A stretch of 64,000 nucleotides of DNA. Source: Methanobacteriota archaeon. GTDB taxonomy: Archaea > Thermoplasmatota > Poseidoniia > Poseidoniales > Poseidoniaceae. Position 1 is the first letter of the stretch; every line of letters starts with the position of its first letter. Position numbers and translations under genes: made by a program. The notes beneath the pieces are model-generated. The model was not told where the DNA came from. It did not search any database and saw only the letters and a list, made by a program, of their open reading frames with translations. This document shows, in pieces, positions 46,422 through 56,942 of the stretch. The stretch covers positions 42,130-106,129 of the forward strand of contig WTIT01000151.1 of assembly GCA_011526375.1 (NCBI GenBank), in the 5' to 3' direction.

Positions 46422-48596
46422 CTACAATGAGATACCTAGATTAAAAATTTCAGTACCAATAAATATCATTCCGCCGACTAAATATCCAAGTATTGCACCA
46501 CCATTCAACAACGGTAGGCCTGCTTGTGCTTTACCTCTAGCAACATAACTCATCAATGCCAAATAACCAAGCAGAGAACCTGCTAAAGTGAACATAGCGA
46601 TGCCAAATGAGTCATCCGTATCAAGCCATTGCACAGCAGAAAGTACTAACATACCGGGGAATATGATATCTCCTAGACCCATGAATAATGCTTCCTTGCT
46701 CTTTTTCTTAGCTGGAATCATAGTTTTGTGTGCCAGTGGAACAGGGGTAATTTCGGTTTTGTCAACCATCTTTGTTTTCTCATCCTTGAATGAATATCCT
46801 TTGTCTTGTGGAGCGACGAGTAATATTGGGAGATTTAGTCCAATCATCGTGTCAGCTAACTCAAGCATATGTTTAGAGCGATAAACCGCCCAAGCATCAT
46901 AAACTGCCGCTAGAATCATGAAAATCATAATCAATCCGGGAACGAAAGCAACGCCAAGCATTACAATAACACCAGCACCAACCAAGATACCAACCGTATT
47001 TACCACATACCACTCACTGTGGAAATATAACAATACCATCAATAGCAGTGCGAGGATTACTCCCACCAAGAAAGGAATGTCATACAATTGTAGCCCGTCT
47101 AATGAATACATGTCGTCATCGATAATACCGCTTTCAATAACATCTGGTGACACTGAATAAAATGAATCAGAAGAACCATCGTTGCTAAAAACACCTAGAT
47201 TAAAATCATCATCAACATCAAATGTCAAGCGATTTTTGAGCAATTGAGTATGGAGCCAATACGCTTTTTCATCACCAGCAATCAATAAGTCAGTAAAGCC
47301 TGAATCATCGAGATCAGTAATCTGTACTTGGTATACTGAATCGACTAAACCGTCTAGATTCATGCTATCTTGAACAGTAAATTGATCGGTGTATGATTTC
47401 GTTCCATTCCACTCCCAGCCGCTAACATTGCCATTTGCTTCACCAACTAATAATAATCCAGTATTCCCGTCATTCTCGGAAATTTCCTCGGAAGACCATG
47501 GAGAATGTCCGAAATCCGCAGACGTGATGATTTCCTCGGATTGATACTCAAATTCCATTGGCATTATCTCAGCGGTCAAGGATTGTTTAGTGGTTTCTAG
47601 GGCAAACACTATCACAGTTTTATCCGTTGTAAGTACCATTCTGTCTTCGGAAATTTGAGTTGCTTCGATGAATCCTTCTCTAAAGCCAACATTACTTGGC
47701 ACAACCCACTGAGCTTGTGGTGGCAACAAAGCCCCGGTAGTTTCGCTAATTACGTGGTAATGAATATCACCACTTGAAGAAAATATGTAAAGACCACCCT
47801 GAGCCATTAGAGCCATATCACAACTGTATCCATTTGGCATGCCTAATTGCAGAACACCTTGATCATCAATAAAATGGCATGGGAAAATATCTTGAGTTTC
47901 TCCAGAATCAAGATTAATTGTCCATATCCAAGCAGTGTTTGTTACCGTAAGGTAGTCATCTGATTTTACAATACGAAGATTCTCAAAGTCACCTGCAGGC
48001 AGCCTACTAAAATTTGAGACCCATTCCGCTTCACTTGAATTCAAAGATTCACTGCTATAGTATGAAATCGAATCTTGCCAATTGCTTGAGTTCCCGATTA
48101 ATTCATGAGTAATGAAACCATCCATCCCTAAATCGGTTACATATTCTCCAGAATAGGTGAATGATTCTTGATATTCAAAATCTTCAACATCAAAATCGAT
48201 AACGAACATGTGCATAAGTGGGACTGTTGTGTACATTAGAGCGATGGTAAGTACTCCCATAATTCCGTATTTTATCACCCACTCCTTCTTGTATCTTGCA
48301 AGAGCAATAACCACTGCAGTAAAGATGAAAATCATAACCAATTCAAGCAAGATAAATCTAACTTGAGTCGCTCCAGTCTCACCAAAGGCGTGTAGTTCAG
48401 CCACATCATACCAAGGCCTAATGAAAAGAGCCAAAACGATGGTTACAACAAACATAGTAACCATCCCGAGCATTGAAGTCATCTGCTCTTTCATTAAAGC
48501 AAATACACTTGTTTCTTGGGCAAGTTCTTGCTCCATTCTAACAAATTCCGCTGAGGCTTCATCTGGCCTTGCGGTTGGAATGTCAGCCTCGCTCAT
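46422..48596 (-). CDS. Presenilin/SPP-family (GxGD) intramembrane aspartyl protease with large inserted extracellular domain
   Basis: AVYDAWAVY.SKHM..LA, FMGLGD..FPG, Q.GLPLLNGG; about 370-aa acidic insert between TM helices. Confidence 0.9.
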   Translation of the reverse strand: MSEADIPTARPDEASAEFVRMEQELAQETSVFALMKEQMTSMLGMVTMFVVTIVLALFIRPWYDVAELHAFGETGATQVRFILLELVMIFIFTAVVIALARYKKEWVIKYGIMGVLTIALMYTTVPLMHMFVIDFDVEDFEYQESFTYSGEYVTDLGMDGFITHELIGNSSNWQDSISYYSSESLNSSEAEWVSNFSRLPAGDFENLRIVKSDDYLTVTNTAWIWTINLDSGETQDIFPCHFIDDQGVLQLGMPNGYSCDMALMAQGGLYIFSSSGDIHYHVISETTGALLPPQAQWVVPSNVGFREGFIEATQISEDRMVLTTDKTVIVFALETTKQSLTAEIMPMEFEYQSEEIITSADFGHSPWSSEEISENDGNTGLLLVGEANGNVSGWEWNGTKSYTDQFTVQDSMNLDGLVDSVYQVQITDLDDSGFTDLLIAGDEKAYWLHTQLLKNRLTFDVDDDFNLGVFSNDGSSDSFYSVSPDVIESGIIDDDMYSLDGLQLYDIPFLVGVILALLLMVLLYFHSEWYVVNTVGILVGAGVIVMLGVAFVPGLIMIFMILAAVYDAWAVYRSKHMLELADTMIGLNLPILLVAPQDKGYSFKDEKTKMVDKTEITPVPLAHKTMIPAKKKSKEALFMGLGDIIFPGMLVLSAVQWLDTDDSFGIAMFTLAGSLLGYLALMSYVARGKAQAGLPLLNGGAILGYLVGGMIFIGTEIFNLGISL

Positions 48597-48696
48597 GTTT
48601 TGGCGTAGGTGCTCTATCTTTTGAGTGAATCGCTTTTATCATACAAAGTCAATTCATATCACTAAGAATTATGCAATATGAAATGATGGGCGTAAC

Positions 48697-49980
48697 GTGC
48701 CAAGCAACCCAATGATTAGGAATTGGTTGGAGGCAACCAAAAATAGCGGGATGGCATTGGGCCTGCAAAATACCTATGCAGTGCTTTCATATCTAGAATT
48801 AGATTTTGACAATACACAGATTATTCACGTTGCAGGAAGTAATGGTAAGGGCACATTATGCTCAATAATCGCTGCTAGTTTTTCATTGAATAACGAATCA
48901 AACGTATTGTTTTCATCACCTCATCTATGTAGAGTTGAAGAACGAATACGGTTGGATGGGCGGCCTATTTCCAACAAAATGTTTGACAACGCACTACATC
49001 AAGTGAAAGATGCAGCAGAAAAATTGTCTATCAATCCGACTTTTTTTGAAACAACATTTTTGGCAGCGATGGTAATAACCGCTGAAGTAATGCCTAAATT
49101 TCTTATCTTAGAAACAGGACTAGGTGGTCGTTTAGATGCAACTAGGTGCGCCCCTGCTGATTTGTCTATTCTTACCTCAATTACCAAAGAACATACCGAC
49201 ATTTTAGGCGATGACATATACCAGATAATTAGAGAGAAAGCGGCAATTGCTAGACCAGGAAAAATCATCATAGCAAGAGAAATGAAGATTACTAACTATC
49301 GACAAACCGTTACAGAATCAGCAAATAATTGTTCACGAAGTGAATTGAATGAACTATCTGGGATTGCTACATGCAAGTTCGTCGAAATACCCGATGGTGT
49401 CTCAATTATTGATGAAGCAGAACTACTGGCAATTGCTGCATTCAATTCGCTTGGCTTGGAGACTAATAAACTGGCAGAGGCAAAACATATTGTCAACTGG
49501 CCAGCAAGACTGCAAGAATTGAGTTTGCCATCTAATCATAGATGGATCTTAGATGCTGCTCACAATCCTTCGGGGCTTGGTAGAGTAATGCAACAAATTA
49601 TTCGATTAGCAAAAAGAGATAATCAATCTGACCGTATTTCAATTGTTTTTGGCACATCCCCACAACAAGAATTAGCATCGATGATAAATTTGGTCAACGA
49701 AATTTGTCGAGCCTTTTCACATGTTAACCTATATTTAACAAAGCCACAGGGAGGCAGGTATCCCGGTCTTGAGCCAAAGTTGTTAGCGAATTTCGAATGG
49801 GCATGTAATGAAATTCATACCCATAACGAGGTATCTACAGCAATTGATGAAATATTGTCGAAGGATGTTGCGTCTACTGGTGTAATCTTATCATTAGGGT
49901 CGTTATACCTGCAAGGCAATATTCTAAATTACCTAGGCAAAGACACGGATGAGGATCTAAGTCTACTGCCGAAGCAATGA
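48697..49980 (+). CDS. folC: Folylpolyglutamate/dihydrofolate synthase
   Basis: IHVAGSNGKG, SPHL...EERI, TFFE, ETGLGGRLDAT, I.REKA.I, WP.R.Q, LD.AHNP.G, GSLYL.G. Confidence 0.92.
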   Translation: MPSNPMIRNWLEATKNSGMALGLQNTYAVLSYLELDFDNTQIIHVAGSNGKGTLCSIIAASFSLNNESNVLFSSPHLCRVEERIRLDGRPISNKMFDNALHQVKDAAEKLSINPTFFETTFLAAMVITAEVMPKFLILETGLGGRLDATRCAPADLSILTSITKEHTDILGDDIYQIIREKAAIARPGKIIIAREMKITNYRQTVTESANNCSRSELNELSGIATCKFVEIPDGVSIIDEAELLAIAAFNSLGLETNKLAEAKHIVNWPARLQELSLPSNHRWILDAAHNPSGLGRVMQQIIRLAKRDNQSDRISIVFGTSPQQELASMINLVNEICRAFSHVNLYLTKPQGGRYPGLEPKLLANFEWACNEIHTHNEVSTAIDEILSKDVASTGVILSLGSLYLQGNILNYLGKDTDEDLSLLPKQ

Positions 49981-50012
49981 AGTTTAGAGACATCTACGAC
50001 TAGACGGTTGCG

Positions 50013-50456
50013 ATGTCGAGCAAGTGGGATTTACGATTTATTGAACTTGCCGAGCATATCTCATTATGGAGTAAAGACCCATCAACTAAGGTGGGCTGTG
50101 TTGTAGTTGGTGAGGACCGAGAGATTCGCTCCACTGGATTCAACGGCTTCCCAAGAGGCATTGACGATGATGATGAAAGATTGATGAATCGTGAGAAAAA
50201 ATATCCGTTGATCTGCCATGCTGAAGAAAACGCAATCATGCACGCAGCTAGAATCGGTGTTTCGCTAAAAAATAGTACTGCTTATGTTACTTGGCCGCCA
50301 TGTTCTAGATGTGCGCGGTCACTCATTCAAGCCGGAATAAAAGAAGTCGTGTACCCTGACACTGGTGACATTCCAGACCGATGGAAAGAAGATTTCACAA
50401 CCTCAAATGAAATGTTGAGGGAAGCAGGAGTAGATGTAAGAAGCATCAAGCCTTAG
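50013..50456 (+). CDS. dCMP deaminase
   Basis: SKDPSTKVG, G.NGFPRG, HAEENA, PCSRC. Confidence 0.93.
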   Translation: MSSKWDLRFIELAEHISLWSKDPSTKVGCVVVGEDREIRSTGFNGFPRGIDDDDERLMNREKKYPLICHAEENAIMHAARIGVSLKNSTAYVTWPPCSRCARSLIQAGIKEVVYPDTGDIPDRWKEDFTTSNEMLREAGVDVRSIKP

Positions 50457-50500
50457 ATTTTGACCGTACATTTGATTGGTGTAGACAACTAGGGGTCACC

Positions 50501-51544
50501 ATGAGCAGAGTCATGACACTCCTACTTGTTTCTCTGCTCATGTTCGCAGGTTGTATTGACCCCATGGACCCGTTAGGGAAAAATGCAGAGGAAGACGATG
50601 CTGAAACCGTTACAGAACCGGAGCCTGAACCTGAACCGGAGCCCGAACCAGAACCGGAGCCCGAACCGGAACCGGAGCCCGAACCGGAACCGGAGCCTGA
50701 GCCAACGATTCCGTGTAATGGATTGCTAATTTTATGTCTTCGAACATATGATAACGTAACATTCCCGGAAACTCACAACGCCTTTGCTACTGAAGATGAC
50801 GGAATTTACTACCCAGCGAGCAATCACAGAACTGGTTTCAATGCACAATGGCAAGCCGGCATGAGAGCTTTCATGATTGATACACATTACGACAATTTGA
50901 ATGATAAACAATATTCAGGAGTGAAATTATGTCACGGTAGCGATGACAGAGGATTTAGTCCGTGCGTATATGGCAATGTTAGTGCAGTTGATTGGTTGTC
51001 TGATTTGGCTGATAAAATGGATGATAACCCTCAAGATGTAGTTACTGTATTGGTTGAAAACTATGTTTCGCCCGACCATCTTGAACAGGTATTCATCGAT
51101 TCTGGTCTGATGGACAGAGTGTTTATTCATACTGTTAATGATCCATGGCCAACTTTACAGGAATTAATTGACAATGAAACAAACTTAGTTGTGTTTTGGG
51201 AACAGGGAGACGAGGATGGACATCCGTGGATTCATGATTTCCTAAGCCATAGTTGGACAACAAACTACGGAGAAAGAAGTACCTCTGAAATGAATTGCGA
51301 TGTCCACAGAGGTGATGAAAACCAAGTTGTTTACCACATGAATAACTGGTTGAGTAATCAGGTTGGTCTCGCCGATCCAACTCAAGCTGAGGCGGCAAAC
51401 GATGTTGATTTCCTCGTTGAGCGAGCGAATGAGTGTTGGGCAGAGCACGGTAAACGTCCTACTTTTATTGCTGTTGATTGGTGGGAAGAGGGTGACGTTG
51501 TAAGAGCAGCTGAACTGATAAACCTGCAAGATGAAGCAAACTAA
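50501..51544 (+). CDS. Lipoprotein with PI-PLC X-domain-like (PLC-like phosphodiesterase) fold and Glu-Pro linker
   Basis: Lipobox FAGC; THNAF, G.R.FM.D.H, LCHG, NP..VVT...E, PWPTL.E.I, G..P.F.AVD.W. Confidence 0.85.
   Translation: MSRVMTLLLVSLLMFAGCIDPMDPLGKNAEEDDAETVTEPEPEPEPEPEPEPEPEPEPEPEPEPEPEPTIPCNGLLILCLRTYDNVTFPETHNAFATEDDGIYYPASNHRTGFNAQWQAGMRAFMIDTHYDNLNDKQYSGVKLCHGSDDRGFSPCVYGNVSAVDWLSDLADKMDDNPQDVVTVLVENYVSPDHLEQVFIDSGLMDRVFIHTVNDPWPTLQELIDNETNLVVFWEQGDEDGHPWIHDFLSHSWTTNYGERSTSEMNCDVHRGDENQVVYHMNNWLSNQVGLADPTQAEAANDVDFLVERANECWAEHGKRPTFIAVDWWEEGDVVRAAELINLQDEAN
50615..50704 (+). repeat. Coding tandem repeat (GARCCN)15 encoding (EP)15
   Basis: 15 hexamers arranged as five 18-bp GAACCGGAGCCYGARCCN units. 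Confidence 0.95.
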
Positions 51545-54500
51545 CCCCAGAACCTCCTAGTTCTTGCGTATTCTACCTCCGCATTATGAATCGCCTTGAA
51601 CAGCCCATCTCGGTTATTTCTTGGCACCTTGCGCAGTATTCTTTGGGCGGTTGCTTCGCCGATGCCTCTACCCATTAGACAAAGTATCGCTTCCTGGCCC
51701 CTATTTTGTACCATTTCAGCATTCTTAATCATTCGAATTCTATCACTATCCTCATCAGAGGAAACCCAATCCTTGAGCATGGAAAGTAAACCTTCTCGTG
51801 CACACGCAAGCATTCTTCCCTGGCACTTTAGACAAATGCCAATGTCTGATATTGTCTCATATCTAGCAACTCTAAATCGTCTAACGCTTTGACATTTCAG
51901 ACAACATAATACTGCTCTTTCATTTTCTAAGCGTAATTTCAGCCGCTCTCGAACTGCAGCATTATCCCAGTTTGGTAACAACAGGTCTTTACTTGACCTT
52001 CTAGACAATCCAATTGGCCCTGGTGCTGCGATTTGAATACTTATTACCCCTTCTTGAATCGCAGATAAGACATCTTTTGCTCCTTGAATATCCATCTTCT
52101 CGAAAAATAACTTGTCTAATACTTCTCGTAGTACTACGGTTCCTCGATATTTTCTAATCAAGGCCTGCAAGTTTATTCGTCTTGGGTCAACTCCGTGTCT
52201 TATGATACCAAATGCTTTGCCAACCTCGGCAAACCTCCATCTGAGTTGCCTAGAATTTGGCAAAGTCACACTTAGTAGTCCCTCTAAGGCGTCTGGTGGT
52301 GTCTCATTCAGCCATCCAACCAAATCCTCCGGTGAAATCCCAGATGCTTGAATTCCAATACGGGTCGATTCAATAATCAATCGCCCCCAATTTCCTGACT
52401 TGGTTGACGCCATAGCTAGTAAGAGATGACCTAGTGTTTCGTTTATCTTCGTACCTTGACAAGAATTGATTATTATTGCATCATTTCTCGCTTCAATAGT
52501 TATCTTGCGATCTGTGGGCAAACTTCCAGATTTTTCCAAGTGGTCGCCGATTTCTTCGCTAAGCATTCCAAGACCGTGTTGGTTGATTGGGTAATCATTA
52601 ATATTCAGTGAATTGGAAGCGAGTAAATTGAATCTGTCAATTGAACCTATTGTCGAATTATCCAAATCTTGAAGCCCCAAATCAACCGCAATCAATTCCC
52701 TCAACTTGCCGATTTCCCGTGCTACCTCTGCAGGTACTGGTGGTAGTTCCCCTACCCATTGAGGTGCCTTAGCTTGGTCCGATGCTGGAACAACAAGCAG
52801 TTCTGACTTCTCCGGGTCAGCATCAATTATCATCCAAGTTCTGCCAGCAATGACAAATCTTCGCACTGCACCATCCTCATCTTCACCAGAGTCGTTTAAT
52901 GATAGTACGAATGCTTCATCAACACTACCAATAGTACGCCTTGTCACACTGTCCCTAACTTTGTAGGATTGTTTGTCTGGAATCATCGACAAGTGATTGG
53001 TCACCCAATCTCTCGTCCTGCCAGAAACTGAGATCCAGCCGTTAGCATACTCTGGAGGAATCTTCAGTTCAATCTTTTTCAATTTCGTATCAATCTCCTC
53101 GTCTGGAGTTTTGAATAATGGCCTCTCTTCTGGCAGTTCAACCGATTTGTTTTCCTCCAGTAGTTTCGCTTCTTCATAAATTGCTGTAGGCCATCGATAC
53201 CAAGGAACCTGTTTTGGACTTTCTGAATATTTCACCAACCAGTTGTCAGCAATTACCTCGAGAACCTCTACCGTATCCTTTCTTGTCCAAGATTCAAATT
53301 GTGGTGCTTGTTTGATTATTTTTGTTGCTTCGTCAATCGGAACGGCTTTGAAACAGTGTGCCATCAAAATCAATTGATTGATTGCCACAGTACGTGGATT
53401 ATTACGCCAAATTACCGGTTCTAATTCACCCCTCATTGCTCTATTGGCAATTACTGCGGCTTCTGACAACTCATCGCAGTCCCAAGCGAAGATGTTGCCT
53501 CGCCCAATCCCGCCCAACCGATGGTCTGCTCGCCCAACTCTCTGTAATAATCGGTCTACAGAGCGAGGACTCTTGATTTGAATAATACGATTGATTAGTC
53601 CAATATCTATGCCCAATTCTAAACTTGAAGTACATACTAAACCCGAGACCTTTCCTTCACGTAAACCGTTTTCCATCTCCACTCTAGTTTTTGTCGCAAG
53701 AGAGCCGTGATGAACCCCAATTTCAAGGTCTGGTGCCATTTTTTGCAGACGATTTGCGATAGTTTCTGCATCGCTCCTACTGTTAACGAACAACAAACAA
53801 GGAGCATCCTTTCGAATGATTTTGATAACTTGCCGGAAAATGGCATGTGCCCTAGACGGGATGGCATATTCAATCCCTCCCGTCTCATCTTCTGATTCAG
53901 GAAATTCAGTCTCGACTAATATTTCTGTTACCCGTTTACCTGTTTCGATAATTACCTCTCCATTATCTGACAACCATGTTGCGACTTGTTGAGGATTTCC
54001 TACTGTAGCTGAGAGGCCTATTCTCTGAACTTTCTTACCGGAAAGGGCCTCTAATCTCGCCAATCCAAGAGATAACTGCCAACCTCGCTCACTTGCTGCC
54101 AGGTCATGAACCTCATCAACAATCACTGCATTTACAGTCTTGAGTAAACCACGCAAATTTTTACCTGTGAACATCAATTGAAAGGTCTCTGGTGTAGTTA
54201 CCAATATGTGAGGCGGCTTTCTAACCTGTTTTGCTCGTTCTGATTGGGTGGTATCGCCATGTCTTAGGCCAACTTTCAAGCCGACTGCTTCTGCAACTTC
54301 TTGCAATCGTCGATCCACGTCGCGATTAAGCGCTCGCAATGGAGTAATGTAGAGTACAGATAGTGGTTCCCATTCTTCGGTTATACATCTGTGCAAGATT
54401 GGTAATATTGCAGATAATGTCTTTCCCGAGCCTGTCGGCGCGATAAGTAATCTGTCTTTTCCGCTAATAATATCTGGAATTGCCGATTCTTGGATTGGGG

Positions 54501-54570
54501 TTGGTTGCCATTGCCTCGCAGCAAGCGCTTCTTGCAAATTTTCATGCAACAGGGAAAATACACCAGACAT
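51541..54570 (-). CDS. lhr: Archaeal Lhr-like SF2 helicase with C-terminal Cys4 motif
   Basis: APTGSGKT, YITPLRALNRD, RHGDT, DEVH, LSAT, HHGSL, TSSLELGID, QRVGRA.H; CLKC...CLKC near the C-terminus. Confidence 0.93.
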   Translation of the reverse strand: MSGVFSLLHENLQEALAARQWQPTPIQESAIPDIISGKDRLLIAPTGSGKTLSAILPILHRCITEEWEPLSVLYITPLRALNRDVDRRLQEVAEAVGLKVGLRHGDTTQSERAKQVRKPPHILVTTPETFQLMFTGKNLRGLLKTVNAVIVDEVHDLAASERGWQLSLGLARLEALSGKKVQRIGLSATVGNPQQVATWLSDNGEVIIETGKRVTEILVETEFPESEDETGGIEYAIPSRAHAIFRQVIKIIRKDAPCLLFVNSRSDAETIANRLQKMAPDLEIGVHHGSLATKTRVEMENGLREGKVSGLVCTSSLELGIDIGLINRIIQIKSPRSVDRLLQRVGRADHRLGGIGRGNIFAWDCDELSEAAVIANRAMRGELEPVIWRNNPRTVAINQLILMAHCFKAVPIDEATKIIKQAPQFESWTRKDTVEVLEVIADNWLVKYSESPKQVPWYRWPTAIYEEAKLLEENKSVELPEERPLFKTPDEEIDTKLKKIELKIPPEYANGWISVSGRTRDWVTNHLSMIPDKQSYKVRDSVTRRTIGSVDEAFVLSLNDSGEDEDGAVRRFVIAGRTWMIIDADPEKSELLVVPASDQAKAPQWVGELPPVPAEVAREIGKLRELIAVDLGLQDLDNSTIGSIDRFNLLASNSLNINDYPINQHGLGMLSEEIGDHLEKSGSLPTDRKITIEARNDAIIINSCQGTKINETLGHLLLAMASTKSGNWGRLIIESTRIGIQASGISPEDLVGWLNETPPDALEGLLSVTLPNSRQLRWRFAEVGKAFGIIRHGVDPRRINLQALIRKYRGTVVLREVLDKLFFEKMDIQGAKDVLSAIQEGVISIQIAAPGPIGLSRRSSKDLLLPNWDNAAVRERLKLRLENERAVLCCLKCQSVRRFRVARYETISDIGICLKCQGRMLACAREGLLSMLKDWVSSDEDSDRIRMIKNAEMVQNRGQEAILCLMGRGIGEATAQRILRKVPRNNRDGLFKAIHNAEVEYARTRRFWG

Positions 54571-54691
54571 ACTCTCCCCATCCCCCGCACAACTCTCTAA
54601 CTGTCCTACTTTTGAGCATTTGTAATAACTAACGTAAACAAAACATCAAAGAACTCAAACATGGTACCACTAACCAAGCAATGGTGATTAT

Positions 54692-55078
54692 ATGGGGTTC
54701 TTTGGGGATTTATGGGCAAAACAACACGGCAGACAACTGATGTTAAGCGCAACCGCTTTTGGTGCCGCAGCGATTCTTTTGATTGTTAGCGCTTACCAAT
54801 TATTATTCTTGCAAAGTGATGCAGACTGGGGTGATTTTACTGGCGCTGCTATCGGCATGATTGTACTTTCAAGCCTAATTTTGATTGTCGCTACACCTGA
54901 ATTTTTGAATTTAAGAGGATATGTCAACCTACTAGATGAATTAAAGCAAATTGATTCAACATCAGAGCTCAAACGCCGTAAGTCAGAAGGTGATGAAGCG
55001 GCAAAAGTTCTCGGCGCTGGTCATGCTGTAGCTTGGGAAGACTTCCTCGTGGAAAAGGGTTTGAAGAAGCGCAAATGA
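54692..55078 (+). CDS. Small 2-TM membrane protein (DUF3198-like)
   Basis: Two TM helices then IDSTSELKR...A..L...H soluble tail; DUF3198 assignment is tentative. Confidence 0.7.
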   Translation: MGFFGDLWAKQHGRQLMLSATAFGAAAILLIVSAYQLLFLQSDADWGDFTGAAIGMIVLSSLILIVATPEFLNLRGYVNLLDELKQIDSTSELKRRKSEGDEAAKVLGAGHAVAWEDFLVEKGLKKRK

Positions 55079-55087
55079 GGGTGAAAG

Positions 55088-56080
55088 TTGACTGACAGTA
55101 ACCCGTTTAACAATCTGCTGCGAGAAATGTTACTTGCAGTAGCAATGATTGCTTTCCTTGTATTAGGATTATGGGCTCATACAGGAACAATGCCACCATT
55201 GGTCGTTGTTGAATCATCTTCAATGATTCATGAAGAAAATGGTGAGGTTGGTAGTATAGATGCTGGCGATTTAATCCTAGTAATGGATACACCATATGAC
55301 AACATCATCACATTCGCTGAGGCGAGTGACCGAAACAACAAATACCACGGATATGAAAACCACGGAATGGAAGGCGATGTGATAATTTACCACAAGAATG
55401 GTGATGCTGGCACACCGATAATTCATCGGGCAATACTAAGGGTTGAGCCAAGCCAAACCACATCACCTGACCGACTCGCAACCAATGACTCGGAGTATTG
55501 CCCTGATGGCGGTACTTGGGACAGCGCAGTTCTTGATGAGGATGGAGAGATGGGGACATGTGTTCTGACCTGGTCGGTTCCAGGCACAAATATAACAGAT
55601 TCAGCAACAATAACCATCAAGTTTGACGGATATAATGCAGGTTACTATGATTGTAAAAGAATGGCTCATGCAAACGTTGAGCCATATCTAGTGGTATGGA
55701 ATTGGCAACCCAAACACTCTGGAATTGTTACCCTCGGCGATAACAACAAATGTTCGGTTGATCAAGGTGGTCTAGTTGTCAACGGTTCCTCGGGAATTCA
55801 CAGTGCTTCAGGTGTAGCTGGACCGGTTAGAGAAGACTGGTTGGTTGGAGTTGCCGGTGGTGAAATTCCTTGGCTTGGAACCGTTAAACTGATGTTGGGT
55901 GGTGCAGAGTCACCCGGCACTCAATATGTTCCCGGATCATCATTCCTATTCCTAGCCATGGTAATAGGCGGCATAATTTTCGCTCCAGTGGGTTTAGAAG
56001 TTCTACTGAAGAAAATCATGCAAGATTCTCCGGAAATGCGGCAGGCTAAACTCGAAGTAGACTATTCCTCCGAAGAGTAA
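55088..56080 (+). CDS. Signal peptidase I (S26, Sec11-like)
   Basis: PPLVVVESSSM.H, IDAGDL, GDVIIY, PIIHRA, T.GDNN, IPWLG; SD GAGGGTGA before TTG. Confidence 0.9.
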   Translation: MTDSNPFNNLLREMLLAVAMIAFLVLGLWAHTGTMPPLVVVESSSMIHEENGEVGSIDAGDLILVMDTPYDNIITFAEASDRNNKYHGYENHGMEGDVIIYHKNGDAGTPIIHRAILRVEPSQTTSPDRLATNDSEYCPDGGTWDSAVLDEDGEMGTCVLTWSVPGTNITDSATITIKFDGYNAGYYDCKRMAHANVEPYLVVWNWQPKHSGIVTLGDNNKCSVDQGGLVVNGSSGIHSASGVAGPVREDWLVGVAGGEIPWLGTVKLMLGGAESPGTQYVPGSSFLFLAMVIGGIIFAPVGLEVLLKKIMQDSPEMRQAKLEVDYSSEE

Positions 56081-56823
56081 TGTCCACACGTTGTAATTGC
56101 CTCATCCATACTCATTTCGCCTAAAGCTACCAAAACTGCTGTTGACCTAGAAATTGTTATTTCACCATTTGAGCGCTTCCTACTTTCGGTTTGGATGTAT
56201 TTTATCTCACCGTCTGTGGGACTCAAATCCCTAGTTTGCCATACCTTAGTTCCACTGTTTGCCGCAATTCTTAGTGCAGAAATTGAATGGTTATTTCGAA
56301 TCAAACCTAAGGATGTCTTAGTTTCATTGACCTGTTCTACAATCCAGTTTTGTAGAATACAATCATTGATGATGCGATCTCTAATCAATGGTGCACCATC
56401 ACCTATCCTTACCGTGACAGATTCAAAATTAGCAATATCGATAAGTTTCTGTAAAAATGGGATTAATTCAGCAACGGATGTCAACTCCTTGACGCCATTG
56501 AATGCCCCATCTACAATCCATGCTACACCTGGGTATGGTCCAGGGTCAATTCCAATAATCAAAGATACGGATTTTCCAGTTCGTTTCAACTGAAAGATTG
56601 CATATAAGATCGCGTCGTCGATATTATCTATTTCAACTGGGATTGGTGTTCCGATTGTTGGATGAGTCACTATTTCTGACGGGGTAGAAAACCAAATTGT
56701 ACTCTCATTGGCAATTGGTTTTGTGATATCGATTACTTCAAACTCAAGATTTCTGAGGCGCAATTTCTCGATCAATTTGAATGACAAACGGAAATCTCCT
56801 GTCCGTATCGCCAGTCGCGCCAT
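56062..56823 (-). CDS. Conserved archaeal protein with RNase H-like (YqgF/RuvC-type) motif
   Basis: IGIDPG..PGVA, VRIGDGA, V.E..TS, PT.GEI..IQ..SR..S.G..TI. Confidence 0.75.
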   Translation of the reverse strand: MARLAIRTGDFRLSFKLIEKLRLRNLEFEVIDITKPIANESTIWFSTPSEIVTHPTIGTPIPVEIDNIDDAILYAIFQLKRTGKSVSLIIGIDPGPYPGVAWIVDGAFNGVKELTSVAELIPFLQKLIDIANFESVTVRIGDGAPLIRDRIINDCILQNWIVEQVNETKTSLGLIRNNHSISALRIAANSGTKVWQTRDLSPTDGEIKYIQTESRKRSNGEITISRSTAVLVALGEMSMDEAITTCGHYSSEE

Positions 56824-56942
56824 ATCAGTGGTAAATCAGCGACAATGACAAACTTACCGAAAAATAGTCGACCGCCTAAACTACAAATAATATCTATTTA
56901 GCAACCGAAGTAATCAAAAGCGCTTGACAATGATGTCACTAT

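Noticed and set aside
50615-50704. CRISPR-like repeat array
   Set aside because: Spacerless in-frame hexamer repeat encoding Glu-Pro; no cas genes.
56062-56823. TnpB/IS200-605 or IS110-type RuvC nuclease
   Set aside because: No zinc finger, IS ends or transposase; resembles a conserved archaeal housekeeping family.
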